Virus record (IMG/VR): IMGVR_UViG_3300031965_000030
Coordinates: 1-60,074 of that record
DNA length: 60,074 bases
Reading direction: 5' to 3' (one strand)
Origin: a virus
Lineage: Duplodnaviria > Caudoviricetes
Part shown: positions 17,104 through 26,788 of the stretch, piece after piece
Layout: every line of letters starts with the position of its first letter
How positions within the stretch are numbered: position 1 is the first letter of the stretch
Position numbers and translations under genes: made by a program
The notes under the pieces: model-generated
What the model was told of the DNA's origin: nothing
What the model saw: the letters and a program-made list of their open reading frames with translations, nothing else
Databases searched by the model: none

Positions 17104-18137
17104 AACTTAAATCAGTTGATCTTAATTGTTTTCAAATACATAAAAAATTACATATTGATTTCTCCCCTGGGTTTAATGTTCTTGTTGGTGAATCCGCTTC
17201 TGGAAAATCCGCCGTTTTACGAGCAATAGAATGGGTGGCAAAAAATAGACCTGTTGGTGCCGATAAAATTTTTCAACAAAAGGGTACAAAAACCCCAATT
17301 AGTGTTGTATTACTGGATGATCATGGCAATACAATAACAAGGAATAAAAAGAATTACGTTGTTAATTCATCCGAACTTAATGCCCTTAATAAAACATTAC
17401 CAAAAATTGTGGAAGAATTAATTCCACTAAAAGCTATAAATTTGCAATCACAATTAGACCCACATTTTTTGATTTTAGAAAAACATAGTGCTGCTGCAAA
17501 AATAGTACATCAAGCAATAGGGATGGAAGATCAGGAGATTATTCTTAAAGAAATAAAAGCAAGAATGAGTATTAAAAAATCAGAAATAAAAAACATAGTT
17601 GGAAGTATAGCAGAGGCAAAAACAAAAATAAGTGAATTACAGGGCATAACCAGACATTTAAAAAAAGCAAAGGTCATAAAAGAAGGGAAACAGGAATTAT
17701 TATCTCTTTCCCAAGAAGTTTCTCAATTAAAAAGTATTCTGCATAATATGGAATGCCTTGGAAAACCAATGGATATATCTGTTGTATCCGTCAACATAAA
17801 AGAAATTGACAGGCTTATAAAAATAGTATATGAATTAGATTCAGAAGAAAAACAAATTCTAGCATTGCAGGAACTGCTTGAAAATATTAATAGTTATACT
17901 GAAGTAACATACAATGTTACTCCTTTTATTAATAATGTTTCTAAACTTATTTTAAAACTTAGGAACATTGATGCTGAAGAATCAGAGTTAAAAAATCTGG
18001 AATACCTTTTAAATAATATAAATTCTGTAGACAAAGAACTACGGATTATTTCAAAATCTGTAAAAGAGAAACAACAAGAATATGATTCTGTTCTAAAAAC
18101 TTTCAAAGTCTGTCCATTCTGCAATAGGAAGATGTAG
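17100..18137 (+). CDS. SbcC/Rad50-like ATPase, N-terminal part with zinc hook
   Basis: Walker A GESASGKS, Q-loop QSQLDP, coiled coil, terminal CPFC. Confidence 0.88.
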   Translation: MKLKSVDLNCFQIHKKLHIDFSPGFNVLVGESASGKSAVLRAIEWVAKNRPVGADKIFQQKGTKTPISVVLLDDHGNTITRNKKNYVVNSSELNALNKTLPKIVEELIPLKAINLQSQLDPHFLILEKHSAAAKIVHQAIGMEDQEIILKEIKARMSIKKSEIKNIVGSIAEAKTKISELQGITRHLKKAKVIKEGKQELLSLSQEVSQLKSILHNMECLGKPMDISVVSVNIKEIDRLIKIVYELDSEEKQILALQELLENINSYTEVTYNVTPFINNVSKLILKLRNIDAEESELKNLEYLLNNINSVDKELRIISKSVKEKQQEYDSVLKTFKVCPFCNRKM

Positions 18138-18142
18138 AGAAT

Positions 18143-19066
18143 ATGCAAATACTTTTTGTTGGGGATCTACATACTTATGGTAAAACACCTGTAGCTAGAA
18201 CAGATGATTATACTGTCACACAATTTAAAAAAATAAATGAGATTATAGACATATCAAATGATTTGGACGTTCCTATTGTGTCTGTAGGAGATGTGTTTAA
18301 TCATGCTGTTGTATCTAATACGATAGTAAATACTCTTGGTGAATGTCTGTTAAGACTTAGCAATAAGTTTTATTTTGTGTGGGGCAATCATGACTTAGAA
18401 TATCATTTAATAAAAACCTGGAAAAAAACATCTCTTGGTGTACTTCTTCAAAACAATCCTGTTGTTCAGCATATTTCACAGTTTAAAAATGATTATGGGT
18501 ATCCTATCGATTACCAAGACTGGAATACACCAATTAAAGATAATAACTCAGATATTCTGTTATCACACAAAGCCATTGTTAATCATAGTCTAATCCCAAA
18601 AAATTCTGCATTATATTCTGATGCAACATTCAGTACCCAAGTAGAATCACCGGAATTGAAAAAGTACAAACTTATTATATGTGGTCACTGGCATAAGAGA
18701 TACTTCTTTAGACATAATGGTATCACAGTTATAAACCCAGGACCGGTAATGCGACAAACTGTAATTGATAACTGTATTCCTGAAGTAGTTCTTGTGGATA
18801 CCGATACCACTTTATTTAAACGCATAACATTAAAATGTGCCAAACCCTTTGAAGAAGTTATATCAACAGTTCATCTTGATAAAGCACAGGCTATAGAAAA
18901 AACTGCATTTGATTTTTTAAATGTGCTTTCTGCAAAACAAGGTAAATCCAAATCATTTGTAAATGTAGTTACTGATCTATTAAATTCCAATAAGTTAAAA
19001 CCTGAATTAAACCTACTTTTGCGGGATGTTGTTGAAACAGCCATGGAAACAAAAAATAAGGATTAA
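18143..19066 (+). CDS. SbcD/Mre11-like metallophosphoesterase nuclease
   Basis: GDLH, GDVF, GNHD, SH, GHWH, NPGP motifs. Confidence 0.9.
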   Translation: MQILFVGDLHTYGKTPVARTDDYTVTQFKKINEIIDISNDLDVPIVSVGDVFNHAVVSNTIVNTLGECLLRLSNKFYFVWGNHDLEYHLIKTWKKTSLGVLLQNNPVVQHISQFKNDYGYPIDYQDWNTPIKDNNSDILLSHKAIVNHSLIPKNSALYSDATFSTQVESPELKKYKLIICGHWHKRYFFRHNGITVINPGPVMRQTVIDNCIPEVVLVDTDTTLFKRITLKCAKPFEEVISTVHLDKAQAIEKTAFDFLNVLSAKQGKSKSFVNVVTDLLNSNKLKPELNLLLRDVVETAMETKNKD

Positions 19067-19069
19067 TGT

Positions 19070-19321
19070 ATGTCTTTAACATTATCTAAATTAGAAAAGT
19101 TAAAAGAATCTCTGGATGCTCTAAAAGAAAGGGAACTACAAAGAACAGCTAAGTATAATATGTGGCTTGAACAACTGAAGGAAAATTTTGGCTGTTCAAG
19201 TAAGGATGAAGGTGATGAACTACTTGAACAAAGTATTTCAGAAAGTAAAAAGAAACGAGAAGAATTGGAATCCGAGTTTAATAAACTATTAGAAGATTTA
19301 AAAGAATATGAATTATTATGA
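19070..19321 (+). CDS. small coiled-coil protein
   Basis: Heptad-like helical ORF; ATGA overlap with the next gene. Confidence 0.7.
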   Translation: MSLTLSKLEKLKESLDALKERELQRTAKYNMWLEQLKENFGCSSKDEGDELLEQSISESKKKREELESEFNKLLEDLKEYELL

Positions 19322-19968
19322 AAGACATAGAACTTGTTGTCGATATTTTAAATGCCAAGGAGTATGAACTAAATACTGAAATTGAAAAATACAATAAATT
19401 AAGAAAAAGAATTTTAAAAGAACGTCACAACCTGAATTTACTTGAACAGATACGGGGTATAATAACGGTTCTTGGTGAGGAAACACAAAAGTCAGCACAA
19501 AAGGAAATAGAAGATGCGGTAACAATTGCCTTGCAATCAATTTTTGGTTCTGAATATCAGAAGTTTATATTACAATATGATAATACAAAAAGAGATCAAA
19601 ATGAGCTAAAATTCCTATTGGAGCATAATGGGATTACCGTGGAACCAAAAGAGAATACTGAATCCGGTGGTGTCATTGATATTTGCTCTTTTGCTCTAAG
19701 AATAGTTCTTTGGACAATAGATGCTTCTGGTTCCCCACCTATAATGCTTTTAGATGAACCATTTAAAAACATATCAGGAGGGTATTTACAAAGGGCAATT
19801 GAATTTGTAAAAACAATATCATCTTTACTTGGGATTCAAATTATAATGGCTACTCATATTGATTCATTTATTGATGCCGCTGATAATATCATCGTTATAG
19901 ATCAGAAAGAAATGGAATACCTAAAACAGCAAACCAAAGGAAGGATATCACTACAATTGAGCATGTAG
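19318..19968 (+). CDS. SbcC/Rad50-like ATPase, C-terminal part
   Basis: Signature ESGG, Walker B LLDEP, H-loop MATH. Confidence 0.88.
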   Translation: MKDIELVVDILNAKEYELNTEIEKYNKLRKRILKERHNLNLLEQIRGIITVLGEETQKSAQKEIEDAVTIALQSIFGSEYQKFILQYDNTKRDQNELKFLLEHNGITVEPKENTESGGVIDICSFALRIVLWTIDASGSPPIMLLDEPFKNISGGYLQRAIEFVKTISSLLGIQIIMATHIDSFIDAADNIIVIDQKEMEYLKQQTKGRISLQLSM

Positions 19969-20004
19969 TAAAGGAAGCCTAACTCTTAGATTAAGGAGAA
20001 AGTA

Positions 20005-20673
20005 ATGCCATTGTTTAAGCAATCAAAGCCTGAGAACAACGTATTTGGACACCCCATTTCCAATGCATTGTTATTTGGTGATATCTTCTGTACTGAAAAT
20101 TCAATGTATTTAGGTAGGGCAATAAATGTAGTTTCAGCATTGTATAGTTCTGATAGGAAATCAAGGTATACCCATGCTGGTATTATGCTTAGTAGTTGGG
20201 AAACCCTAGAAAGTTTATGGCTGGTGGAAAGTCATAATATTTTTAGTCACTATCAAGGGAAACATATTTTAATTGCCCGTCCTATAGGAATGACACAAAA
20301 TTCTTTTCTACAGGGTTATAATGGGATTAAAAAACATATCGGTCAAATCTACCCGATACATCGTTTATTTCTTCATATTTTAAATCTGGCTCAATTTATT
20401 CACTGGAATAGACTTGTATGTTCTGAATTAGTTGCCAAATTTTTATACAAAAGTGGTTTTAGACATGGTGAATACTTTGGAACTTCCCCAGATATGATTG
20501 CTGATGAAATACGATATCAATTGAATGCCAATAGAACTGGACCAAGGTATGAAATTATATTCGAGGGTGTACTACCTGTTCTTGAAGAAAAAACTTGCTG
20601 CTTCTGTTTTAATACCATATTTGTTCCAGAAAATACATTGGCTTGTCCAAAATGTGGCTGTTCCCCATTTTAA
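20005..20673 (+). CDS. permuted papain-like NlpC/P60 (YiiX/YebB-type) amidase with C-terminal Zn ribbon
   Basis: GDIF, YTHAGI preceding LVCSELV; CCFC...CPKC. Confidence 0.75.
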   Translation: MPLFKQSKPENNVFGHPISNALLFGDIFCTENSMYLGRAINVVSALYSSDRKSRYTHAGIMLSSWETLESLWLVESHNIFSHYQGKHILIARPIGMTQNSFLQGYNGIKKHIGQIYPIHRLFLHILNLAQFIHWNRLVCSELVAKFLYKSGFRHGEYFGTSPDMIADEIRYQLNANRTGPRYEIIFEGVLPVLEEKTCCFCFNTIFVPENTLACPKCGCSPF

Positions 20674-20687
20674 AATATGGAGCTAAA

Positions 20688-20909
20688 ATGTTTTGTGAGA
20701 GACTTAATGCCACATTAAACATTGAATTATGCATAAAACGTCAGAAGTTAGCAGAAACAAAAAATAGAGAAATATCTGGTGCATTTGGTGAGTCTCTTTC
20801 ACAATGCGTTAAATGCCCGCAAGGAATAAACGTAAGGAAGTATCCGGGGCAGTACACAAACAGGGATTACAAACATTTATTAAAAAAACATGAAAAGGGG
20901 ACAAAATGA
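20688..20909 (+). CDS. small Cys-containing protein
   Basis: FCERL...CIKRQ...CVKCPQG; ggag RBS. Confidence 0.6.
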   Translation: MFCERLNATLNIELCIKRQKLAETKNREISGAFGESLSQCVKCPQGINVRKYPGQYTNRDYKHLLKKHEKGTK

Positions 20910-21523
20910 TTGGTGATAATTATCATTACTTAGAAGGACCACAGGCTATTGATACTCTTGTAAACCAAGGTGTTTTGCATGAAGTAAATAGAACCTTTTT
21001 TCATCCAATTGGACTTTCCCTTGTTATGCGTGTGAATGCAAATGATTCAACAGAATTAAAAATAAAAATTGTGGATGCATCAGATGAATTTGTAATTCAA
21101 AACCTGGATAAATTCAAACAACGTGTGTTCTCAAATCTACTAACAGAAAGAATGACAAAACGACAAGACTCCCTAGGTTTTGTCATTCAAACCCGAAATT
21201 TCTTTGAGGAATCCGCAGAAAGAGAAATTCCATTTGAAACAAAGAAGCTGGAAGCCATAATTGAAGCAATTGATTCATTTGCGTTTAAAATGCGGGAAAG
21301 AGTATTTAGAAAACATGTGGAAAAAGATACCGAAAGATCAGGTATCCCAGAAAAAGAAGATATGGCATCAAGAATGCTGGAAAATATATTAAATGGAAAT
21401 TTAATTGATTGTGCCGTACATGCAGCAATGATTCGTTTTTATGATGAAATACAAGAAAAAATTGAAGCAGCGTTAAATACAAGTGGGGGAAACCAAAATG
21501 CAGACCGTGCAAAGAAAAATTGA
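20906..21523 (+). CDS. hypothetical protein
   Basis: 205-aa ORF with ATGA overlap. Confidence 0.75.
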   Translation: MIGDNYHYLEGPQAIDTLVNQGVLHEVNRTFFHPIGLSLVMRVNANDSTELKIKIVDASDEFVIQNLDKFKQRVFSNLLTERMTKRQDSLGFVIQTRNFFEESAEREIPFETKKLEAIIEAIDSFAFKMRERVFRKHVEKDTERSGIPEKEDMASRMLENILNGNLIDCAVHAAMIRFYDEIQEKIEAALNTSGGNQNADRAKKN

Positions 21524-21974
21524 AGTAAAAGGTGCTTCCCCATTATATTTATCAGCGGATGATTTCCCACTTTTAAAAGGGGAAAAACACGAACAATTTT
21601 TCGTTCGTGTGGATAAATACACAATAAATAGGTACTGGGATAATAAAGGTGTTAGAGAAAGAGAAACATTATTTTATCCATCCAAATGTGGAATTGCCGA
21701 AATTGTAGAAAATAAAAAATCTGATAAGAAAACTTTACAGGCATTGCCACTTTGGTTTGTAATGATGTATGATAGATTACTTGATTCTGGAAAAGCTGAT
21801 TTTATTTCCTTTTCAGAAGTGGAAATGAAAATAAAACGAAGAAAATGGTATAGCCCTTATAAAAAGAACAAAGAAGAATCTGGGGTAACAAAAAAACTAA
21901 AACTTATTCCACGAATAAAACGATTCAAGCTAAACACTATTACAAGAGTTAAACTAAATTTGAGGTTATCATGA
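21498..21974 (+). CDS. hypothetical protein with basic KLKL-rich C-terminus
   Basis: ORF; ggggg RBS before ATG 21498. Confidence 0.7.
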   Translation: MQTVQRKIEVKGASPLYLSADDFPLLKGEKHEQFFVRVDKYTINRYWDNKGVRERETLFYPSKCGIAEIVENKKSDKKTLQALPLWFVMMYDRLLDSGKADFISFSEVEMKIKRRKWYSPYKKNKEESGVTKKLKLIPRIKRFKLNTITRVKLNLRLS

Positions 21975-22206
21975 TATACACGACTTCCACTTTACACCCC
22001 ATTTTTTGTTCAGAATGTGGGGGAAGAATAGCAAAAGATGATAAATATGAACTACTGCCTTTCGGCACGGTATTTGCCTTAAAACGAGATGGTTTTAAAG
22101 AAAATAGAGCCTTTTGTGGGGACACAGAATTTAAAACATTCTATTCAAAAAACATGGATGAAGATTGCAAAAAATCATAAACACTATTACAAGAGTTAAA
22201 CTAAAT
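21931..22206. repeat. 29-bp perfect direct repeat (21931-21959 and 22178-22206) flanking a small gene
   Basis: taaacactattacaagagttaaactaaat occurs twice, 247 bp apart. Confidence 0.92.
21971..22180 (+). CDS. small Zn-finger-like protein
   Basis: CSECG...FC; gagg RBS. Confidence 0.6.
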   Translation: MIYTTSTLHPIFCSECGGRIAKDDKYELLPFGTVFALKRDGFKENRAFCGDTEFKTFYSKNMDEDCKKS

Positions 22207-23095
22207 GCCAAAACTTAAATTACACTGGTACAATTATGATAAACTGTGTTTGGTTATTGATGCAAAATATTTAGCACACAGATGTAAATACAGTCCTGGA
22301 TATTCTGAATTAAGTTACAAAGATAAAAAAACAGGAATGTATTTTGGATTTTTTAGTACTATATATTCTTTGGTATCTAAATTTAATCCAGATAATATTG
22401 TTTTCATGTGGGATACTGGGAAAACAAAGGATTCAAGGAGAAGGGAACAATTTAGTGGCTATAAAAATAAAAAATTTACTTCAAAGTCTGATGAAGAAAT
22501 TGCTATGTCCGTTGAATTTGAAGAAGAATATTTGGGCTTAATGTCAGAATGTGCTTCCATTGGATTTGCCAATTTCAATTTAGATCGGTATGAGGCAGAT
22601 GATCTTATTGCACTATATTGTGCACAATGTCATACCAAAGTTGTTATCATAACTCGTGATGAAGACATGTACCAGTTATTAAATAATTGTGTTTCCATAT
22701 TTAGTCCTGATGATAAACTTTTAAAAACAAATAAGTGGTTTTTAAATAAGTATGGAATACCCCCAAGTGATTGGGTAAAAGTAAAACAAATCGGCGGATG
22801 TAAATCAGACACAGTTCCAGGTGTCCCTGGTATAGGTGAAAAAACGGCATTACAATATATTCTTGGGGAAACTTCTGAAGGAACCAAAAACAAAATAGAA
22901 AATGATTCAATGCTTGATGTATACTATTCCCTGGTTAAACTTCCACATAAAGATTTAACCAGTATGATTCTGAAAAAGAAAACCACAGTAGTAAATTGGG
23001 AAAATTTTACTTCCATGTGTATTTCTATGGGACATAGAAAATTCCTTAGTTCTTTAAGTGAGTGGAAACGATTATTTTCATTTACAGAGGAATAA
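22205..23095 (+). CDS. 5'-3' exonuclease (FEN/T4 RNase H-like)
   Basis: VIDA, RREQFSGYK, YEADD, TRDEDMYQL, GCKSDTVPGVPGIGEKTA (H3TH). Confidence 0.92.
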   Translation: MPKLKLHWYNYDKLCLVIDAKYLAHRCKYSPGYSELSYKDKKTGMYFGFFSTIYSLVSKFNPDNIVFMWDTGKTKDSRRREQFSGYKNKKFTSKSDEEIAMSVEFEEEYLGLMSECASIGFANFNLDRYEADDLIALYCAQCHTKVVIITRDEDMYQLLNNCVSIFSPDDKLLKTNKWFLNKYGIPPSDWVKVKQIGGCKSDTVPGVPGIGEKTALQYILGETSEGTKNKIENDSMLDVYYSLVKLPHKDLTSMILKKKTTVVNWENFTSMCISMGHRKFLSSLSEWKRLFSFTEE

Positions 23096-23096
23096 T

Positions 23097-23708
23097 ATGC
23101 CGAATGTAAAGAAACAAAAATTCTTATTGAGCAAAAAGGATGCAAAAATTAGTATTGCACAATCACCTGAGTATGCTCATGTTATAACCAAAATGTATGG
23201 ATTTTTTAAATTTAATGAACGTACATTTTTAGATGTTGGGTGTGGTCTTGGGGATTTAGTGTATAACGTAAAAGCAACAGATTGCTTTGATAAAACAATT
23301 GGTATTGATTGTCTATGTCATAAAGTGCTCTCTGGAAGAACCAAGTTTAATCTTGGGTTCAGTGAATTAATAGCTTCCCCAATGAATCAACTACCTGTAG
23401 AAAATGAGTCAATTTCTTTTCTACATTGTCATGATACCCTTAATTTAGTTTCAGAAGATTTAATTCCGAAGATGCTGAATGAATTCTATCGTATTACAAT
23501 TCACAATGGAAATCTGCTTATTCTTTTAAATAAAAACAGGATGTTGTGTGACCCAGCATATTGGGGTATACTTCTTAGGGAGTATGGTTTTAAATGTAAT
23601 TTAAAACTATTTCTTTTATTTAAAGAAGTAATCAAAAATAAGGCATCACTTTATGAAGAAATCAAGAATGATTACATTATATTCTGTATGAGTAAGGAGC
23701 GGGTATAA
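23097..23708 (+). CDS. class I SAM-dependent methyltransferase
   Basis: FLDVGCGLG, IGID, LPVENES, LNEFYRI...NG. Confidence 0.75.
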   Translation: MPNVKKQKFLLSKKDAKISIAQSPEYAHVITKMYGFFKFNERTFLDVGCGLGDLVYNVKATDCFDKTIGIDCLCHKVLSGRTKFNLGFSELIASPMNQLPVENESISFLHCHDTLNLVSEDLIPKMLNEFYRITIHNGNLLILLNKNRMLCDPAYWGILLREYGFKCNLKLFLLFKEVIKNKASLYEEIKNDYIIFCMSKERV

Positions 23709-25105
23709 TGCAGCAACAACTTGAGTTCAATAACAATTTTTTGAATCAAATTATAATTCATTGTATACAAAACGATAAATTTTTAAAAAGTGTAAGACGG
23801 GTGGTATCTCCTGATCTAATGAAATCAAGAGATAGAAAACATTTACTTAACATGATCTATGAGTATTACGATAAATTTGAATGTTCCCCAAAAGACAATT
23901 TCTTTGATATTTTTACTGAATCCGAAAAGGAAATGTCAGATGAATTATATGATAAATGCATCTCTTTAATTGGGGTTCTAAAAGATATAACTGGATCAAA
24001 CCCGGAATACATTCTTTCAAAAATAAACGATGCTATATGTCATTTTCAATTAGAAGAGGCAAGTGTAGAATTTGCTTCTTTAATCAAAAAGAAAAAATAC
24101 ACTGAAGCGAAATCTATTATATTAAAGGCTATGAAGCCACCAGATGGTCTTGATCTACCATACTTTGATTTTTTTACTGATAAATCTTATATAGAAGAAA
24201 GGATAAAAGAAACCAGATATAAAATGACTACTATGATTCCAGGATTGGACAAGCTTATAGGAGGTTTAAACCCCCCTTGGCTTGTAACGCTATTAGGTGC
24301 AACTAAAAGTGGAAAAAGTTGGGGTTTAATGGAGCTGGCTGTAGCAGGAGTTTTACAAGGTTTGAATGTAACATTTGTATCTTTGGAAATGGACAAAAAT
24401 ACTTGCAAAGCAAGATTTGACCAAATTATTGGTTTTATGTCATCCACGGATTCAAATTCCCCACAGGATGTAATGAAATACAATGGCGTTGAATGGATAA
24501 AATCACAGGAAGTTATTCCATCCATTTATGATATTAATAAAGTAGAAAAAAATACTGCCAGGCTTAAAAAGGTATCCGGTGGGGGGCTTAAAATCATAGC
24601 ATTCAATCGTGGTAGAATGAACTACATGGACATTGATTGTTTGCTGGATGAAACTGAAGAACGAGATGGTTTCATTACTGATCTTCTTATTACCGATTAT
24701 CTTGGCATAATGAAAGAAACTTGTCCTGGGCAATCAAAAAAGGAAAGGATTGGAGAAAACTGTTTGGGTTTAAAAGATATTTGTGGTAAAAGAAACATGA
24801 TTGGTGTAACCGCTATGCAGGGTAATAGAAGGGCTATGCAAGCACGAGTATTTCATTCACATATGATAGCGGATGATATTGACACAATATTTAATTCAGA
24901 TTTAATTATAGCCATATGCCAAACAAAGCAGGAAGAGGAACTTAATAGATTCCGATTTTACATTGCCAATTATCGACATGGAAAACAATTTACATCTGTT
25001 GGTATTATTCGTGACCTGACAGTCGGTCAAATAGCTCTAGGGGAATTTGATATTTCAGATTTTGAAGAATTCCCTGATGAACAAGATGTTGGAACTGATT
25101 ATTAA
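23708..25105 (+). CDS. DnaB-like replicative helicase
   Basis: GATKSGKS, VSLEM, ITDYL, TAMQGNR, NYRHG. Confidence 0.9.
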   Translation: MQQQLEFNNNFLNQIIIHCIQNDKFLKSVRRVVSPDLMKSRDRKHLLNMIYEYYDKFECSPKDNFFDIFTESEKEMSDELYDKCISLIGVLKDITGSNPEYILSKINDAICHFQLEEASVEFASLIKKKKYTEAKSIILKAMKPPDGLDLPYFDFFTDKSYIEERIKETRYKMTTMIPGLDKLIGGLNPPWLVTLLGATKSGKSWGLMELAVAGVLQGLNVTFVSLEMDKNTCKARFDQIIGFMSSTDSNSPQDVMKYNGVEWIKSQEVIPSIYDINKVEKNTARLKKVSGGGLKIIAFNRGRMNYMDIDCLLDETEERDGFITDLLITDYLGIMKETCPGQSKKERIGENCLGLKDICGKRNMIGVTAMQGNRRAMQARVFHSHMIADDIDTIFNSDLIIAICQTKQEEELNRFRFYIANYRHGKQFTSVGIIRDLTVGQIALGEFDISDFEEFPDEQDVGTDY

Positions 25106-25114
25106 GGAGAATAG

Positions 25115-25253
25115 TATGAAAAACAATGAAAAAGTCAAAATGGTTATCTGTCCATTCTGTAGTGATTCACATCCATCAAATAAAGAATGTGATTGCTCTT
25201 ATGGAAAGCGTGGGGCATTTCCCCCACTTTCCAGAAGGATTATTAAAAAATGA
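25115..25253 (+). CDS. small Zn-finger protein
   Basis: aaggag RBS; CPFC...H...CDC. Confidence 0.55.
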
Positions 25254-25390
25254 CTTTTACCTGTGCAAAGTGTGGTGGTTTTAAACCAGTAGAAGGTCGG
25301 AAAAAATTTAAGGTTACAAAAAGGGATATCAAAAATAGACCTGTTTATAACTATCAATGTGCTGATTGCCAAAAGGAAACAATTGAATGA
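25250..25390 (+). CDS. small Zn-ribbon protein
   Basis: MTFTCAKC...YQCADC; ATGA overlaps at both ends. Confidence 0.55.
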   Translation: MTFTCAKCGGFKPVEGRKKFKVTKRDIKNRPVYNYQCADCQKETIE

Positions 25391-26127
25391 ATATATCATA
25401 TGTAGGAGAAGGTAAAGTTTATTTACTTTCCGGTGGTGGAAAAATTTTTACTGATGTTGCTGCAAGGTTTGTTGGTAGTGAGAGATCATTAGATGAAATC
25501 GTTGTCAGTGAGTACAATAAAAAACTTGTGGAAAACATTATTAATCGTGGGCATCTTGCAGCAACAGAGTTTGATTATTTTATCTTTGGTGTTGAAGGAT
25601 ATTCAAGAGTAACAGAAACACAACTTGTAAGAAAACGAATTGCCAGTTATCTAATAAAATCTGGGAGGGCTGAAAAAAATGGCAAGCGAAAATTTGATAT
25701 CGTACTCCCAGAGAGTGTAACAAAACATTCCATTTCTTATAGGGGACTTTACTGGGATTACATTGATATTCTTGAATTAATTGAAGATTGGTATAATTCA
25801 GGTATTACATCCGGGTTTAAAGAAGAAGAACTACGTTATTTAAAACCACAGGCAACCGAGTTTAAAGGAATCATCGGTATGAATTGTCATGCATTAATTG
25901 ATTGGTTTAAAATAAGGTTATGTCTTAATGCCCAGACTGAAATACAAGATATGGCATGGAAAATGTTTAAGTTAGTGACATCAGTAGCACCAGATCTTTT
26001 TTCTAAAGCAGGTCCAAACTGTAAAGCGCTTGGGTATTGCCCTGAAAATGGTGGACAGCATAAATCATGCGTAGGCAAGGTATTAACACATGATAAAGTT
26101 CTTACGTTAATAAAAAACAATTCTTAA
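25387..26127 (+). CDS. thyX: flavin-dependent thymidylate synthase
   Basis: GHLAATEF, SRVTETQLVRKRIASYLIKSGR (RKR variant of RHR), ELRYLKP, RLCLNAQTEI. Confidence 0.85.
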   Translation: MNISYVGEGKVYLLSGGGKIFTDVAARFVGSERSLDEIVVSEYNKKLVENIINRGHLAATEFDYFIFGVEGYSRVTETQLVRKRIASYLIKSGRAEKNGKRKFDIVLPESVTKHSISYRGLYWDYIDILELIEDWYNSGITSGFKEEELRYLKPQATEFKGIIGMNCHALIDWFKIRLCLNAQTEIQDMAWKMFKLVTSVAPDLFSKAGPNCKALGYCPENGGQHKSCVGKVLTHDKVLTLIKNNS

Positions 26128-26329
26128 AATTGAGGCAATGATGAATCACCAGGAACGTCATAAAATTTTAGAAAAAGCATTACAAAGTCACACTTTTGAA
26201 GAGCGCATTACCTTGTTTAATCACTGGTTTAAAAAAAGCATAAAATCCTCAGAAGTAAAAAAGAAAGAATACATTGACAATTTACATGCAATCCTGTAAA
26301 AACAATTAATAATATTTTTAGGAGTAAAA

Positions 26330-26542
26330 ATGTCTATTACTTATCAAAACAGAGATGTTATTAAGGGACTTACCTCAGAACAAATGCTTGATTTAAAAAA
26401 TCTAGTTCTTGGTAGTAAAACTATTATAAAGATAATGTCTGACAATGTAATTCACATCAATGGTGATATTACCCTTGAGGAATTACATGCACTCAGCTTA
26501 ATATTTAAGGAGAATAAGTGCAAATGTGGATGCAAATGCTAA
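26330..26542 (+). CDS. hypothetical protein
   Basis: aggag RBS. Confidence 0.6.
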   Translation: MSITYQNRDVIKGLTSEQMLDLKNLVLGSKTIIKIMSDNVIHINGDITLEELHALSLIFKENKCKCGCKC

Positions 26543-26784
26543 TAGAAAATAGAATTTTAATATATGTTCTTGGAATGCTAATCACATTTTTAGTTATATC
26601 CAGTACATTAAGAAAAAAAAATGATCCAATTTCAAGATGGAGTAATGCACAAACTTTTCGGATATTATTTTTAAGTGGGTTTTCATTTGTAGGTAGTGCC
26701 CTCTTTCTTTTTATATTTTACTTTGATGATTTATTAAAAGAAAGATCAATAAAAACAAAACACCAAAAAGAAAGGCGATATTAA
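26536..26784 (+). CDS. membrane protein, two TM segments
   Basis: Two hydrophobic stretches and a basic tail. Confidence 0.6.
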   Translation: MLIENRILIYVLGMLITFLVISSTLRKKNDPISRWSNAQTFRILFLSGFSFVGSALFLFIFYFDDLLKERSIKTKHQKERRY

Positions 26785-26788
26785 TATA

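Noticed and set aside
26274-26302. sigma70 promoter at TTGACA 26274
   Set aside because: The -10 position reads TAAAAA, lacking the conserved final T
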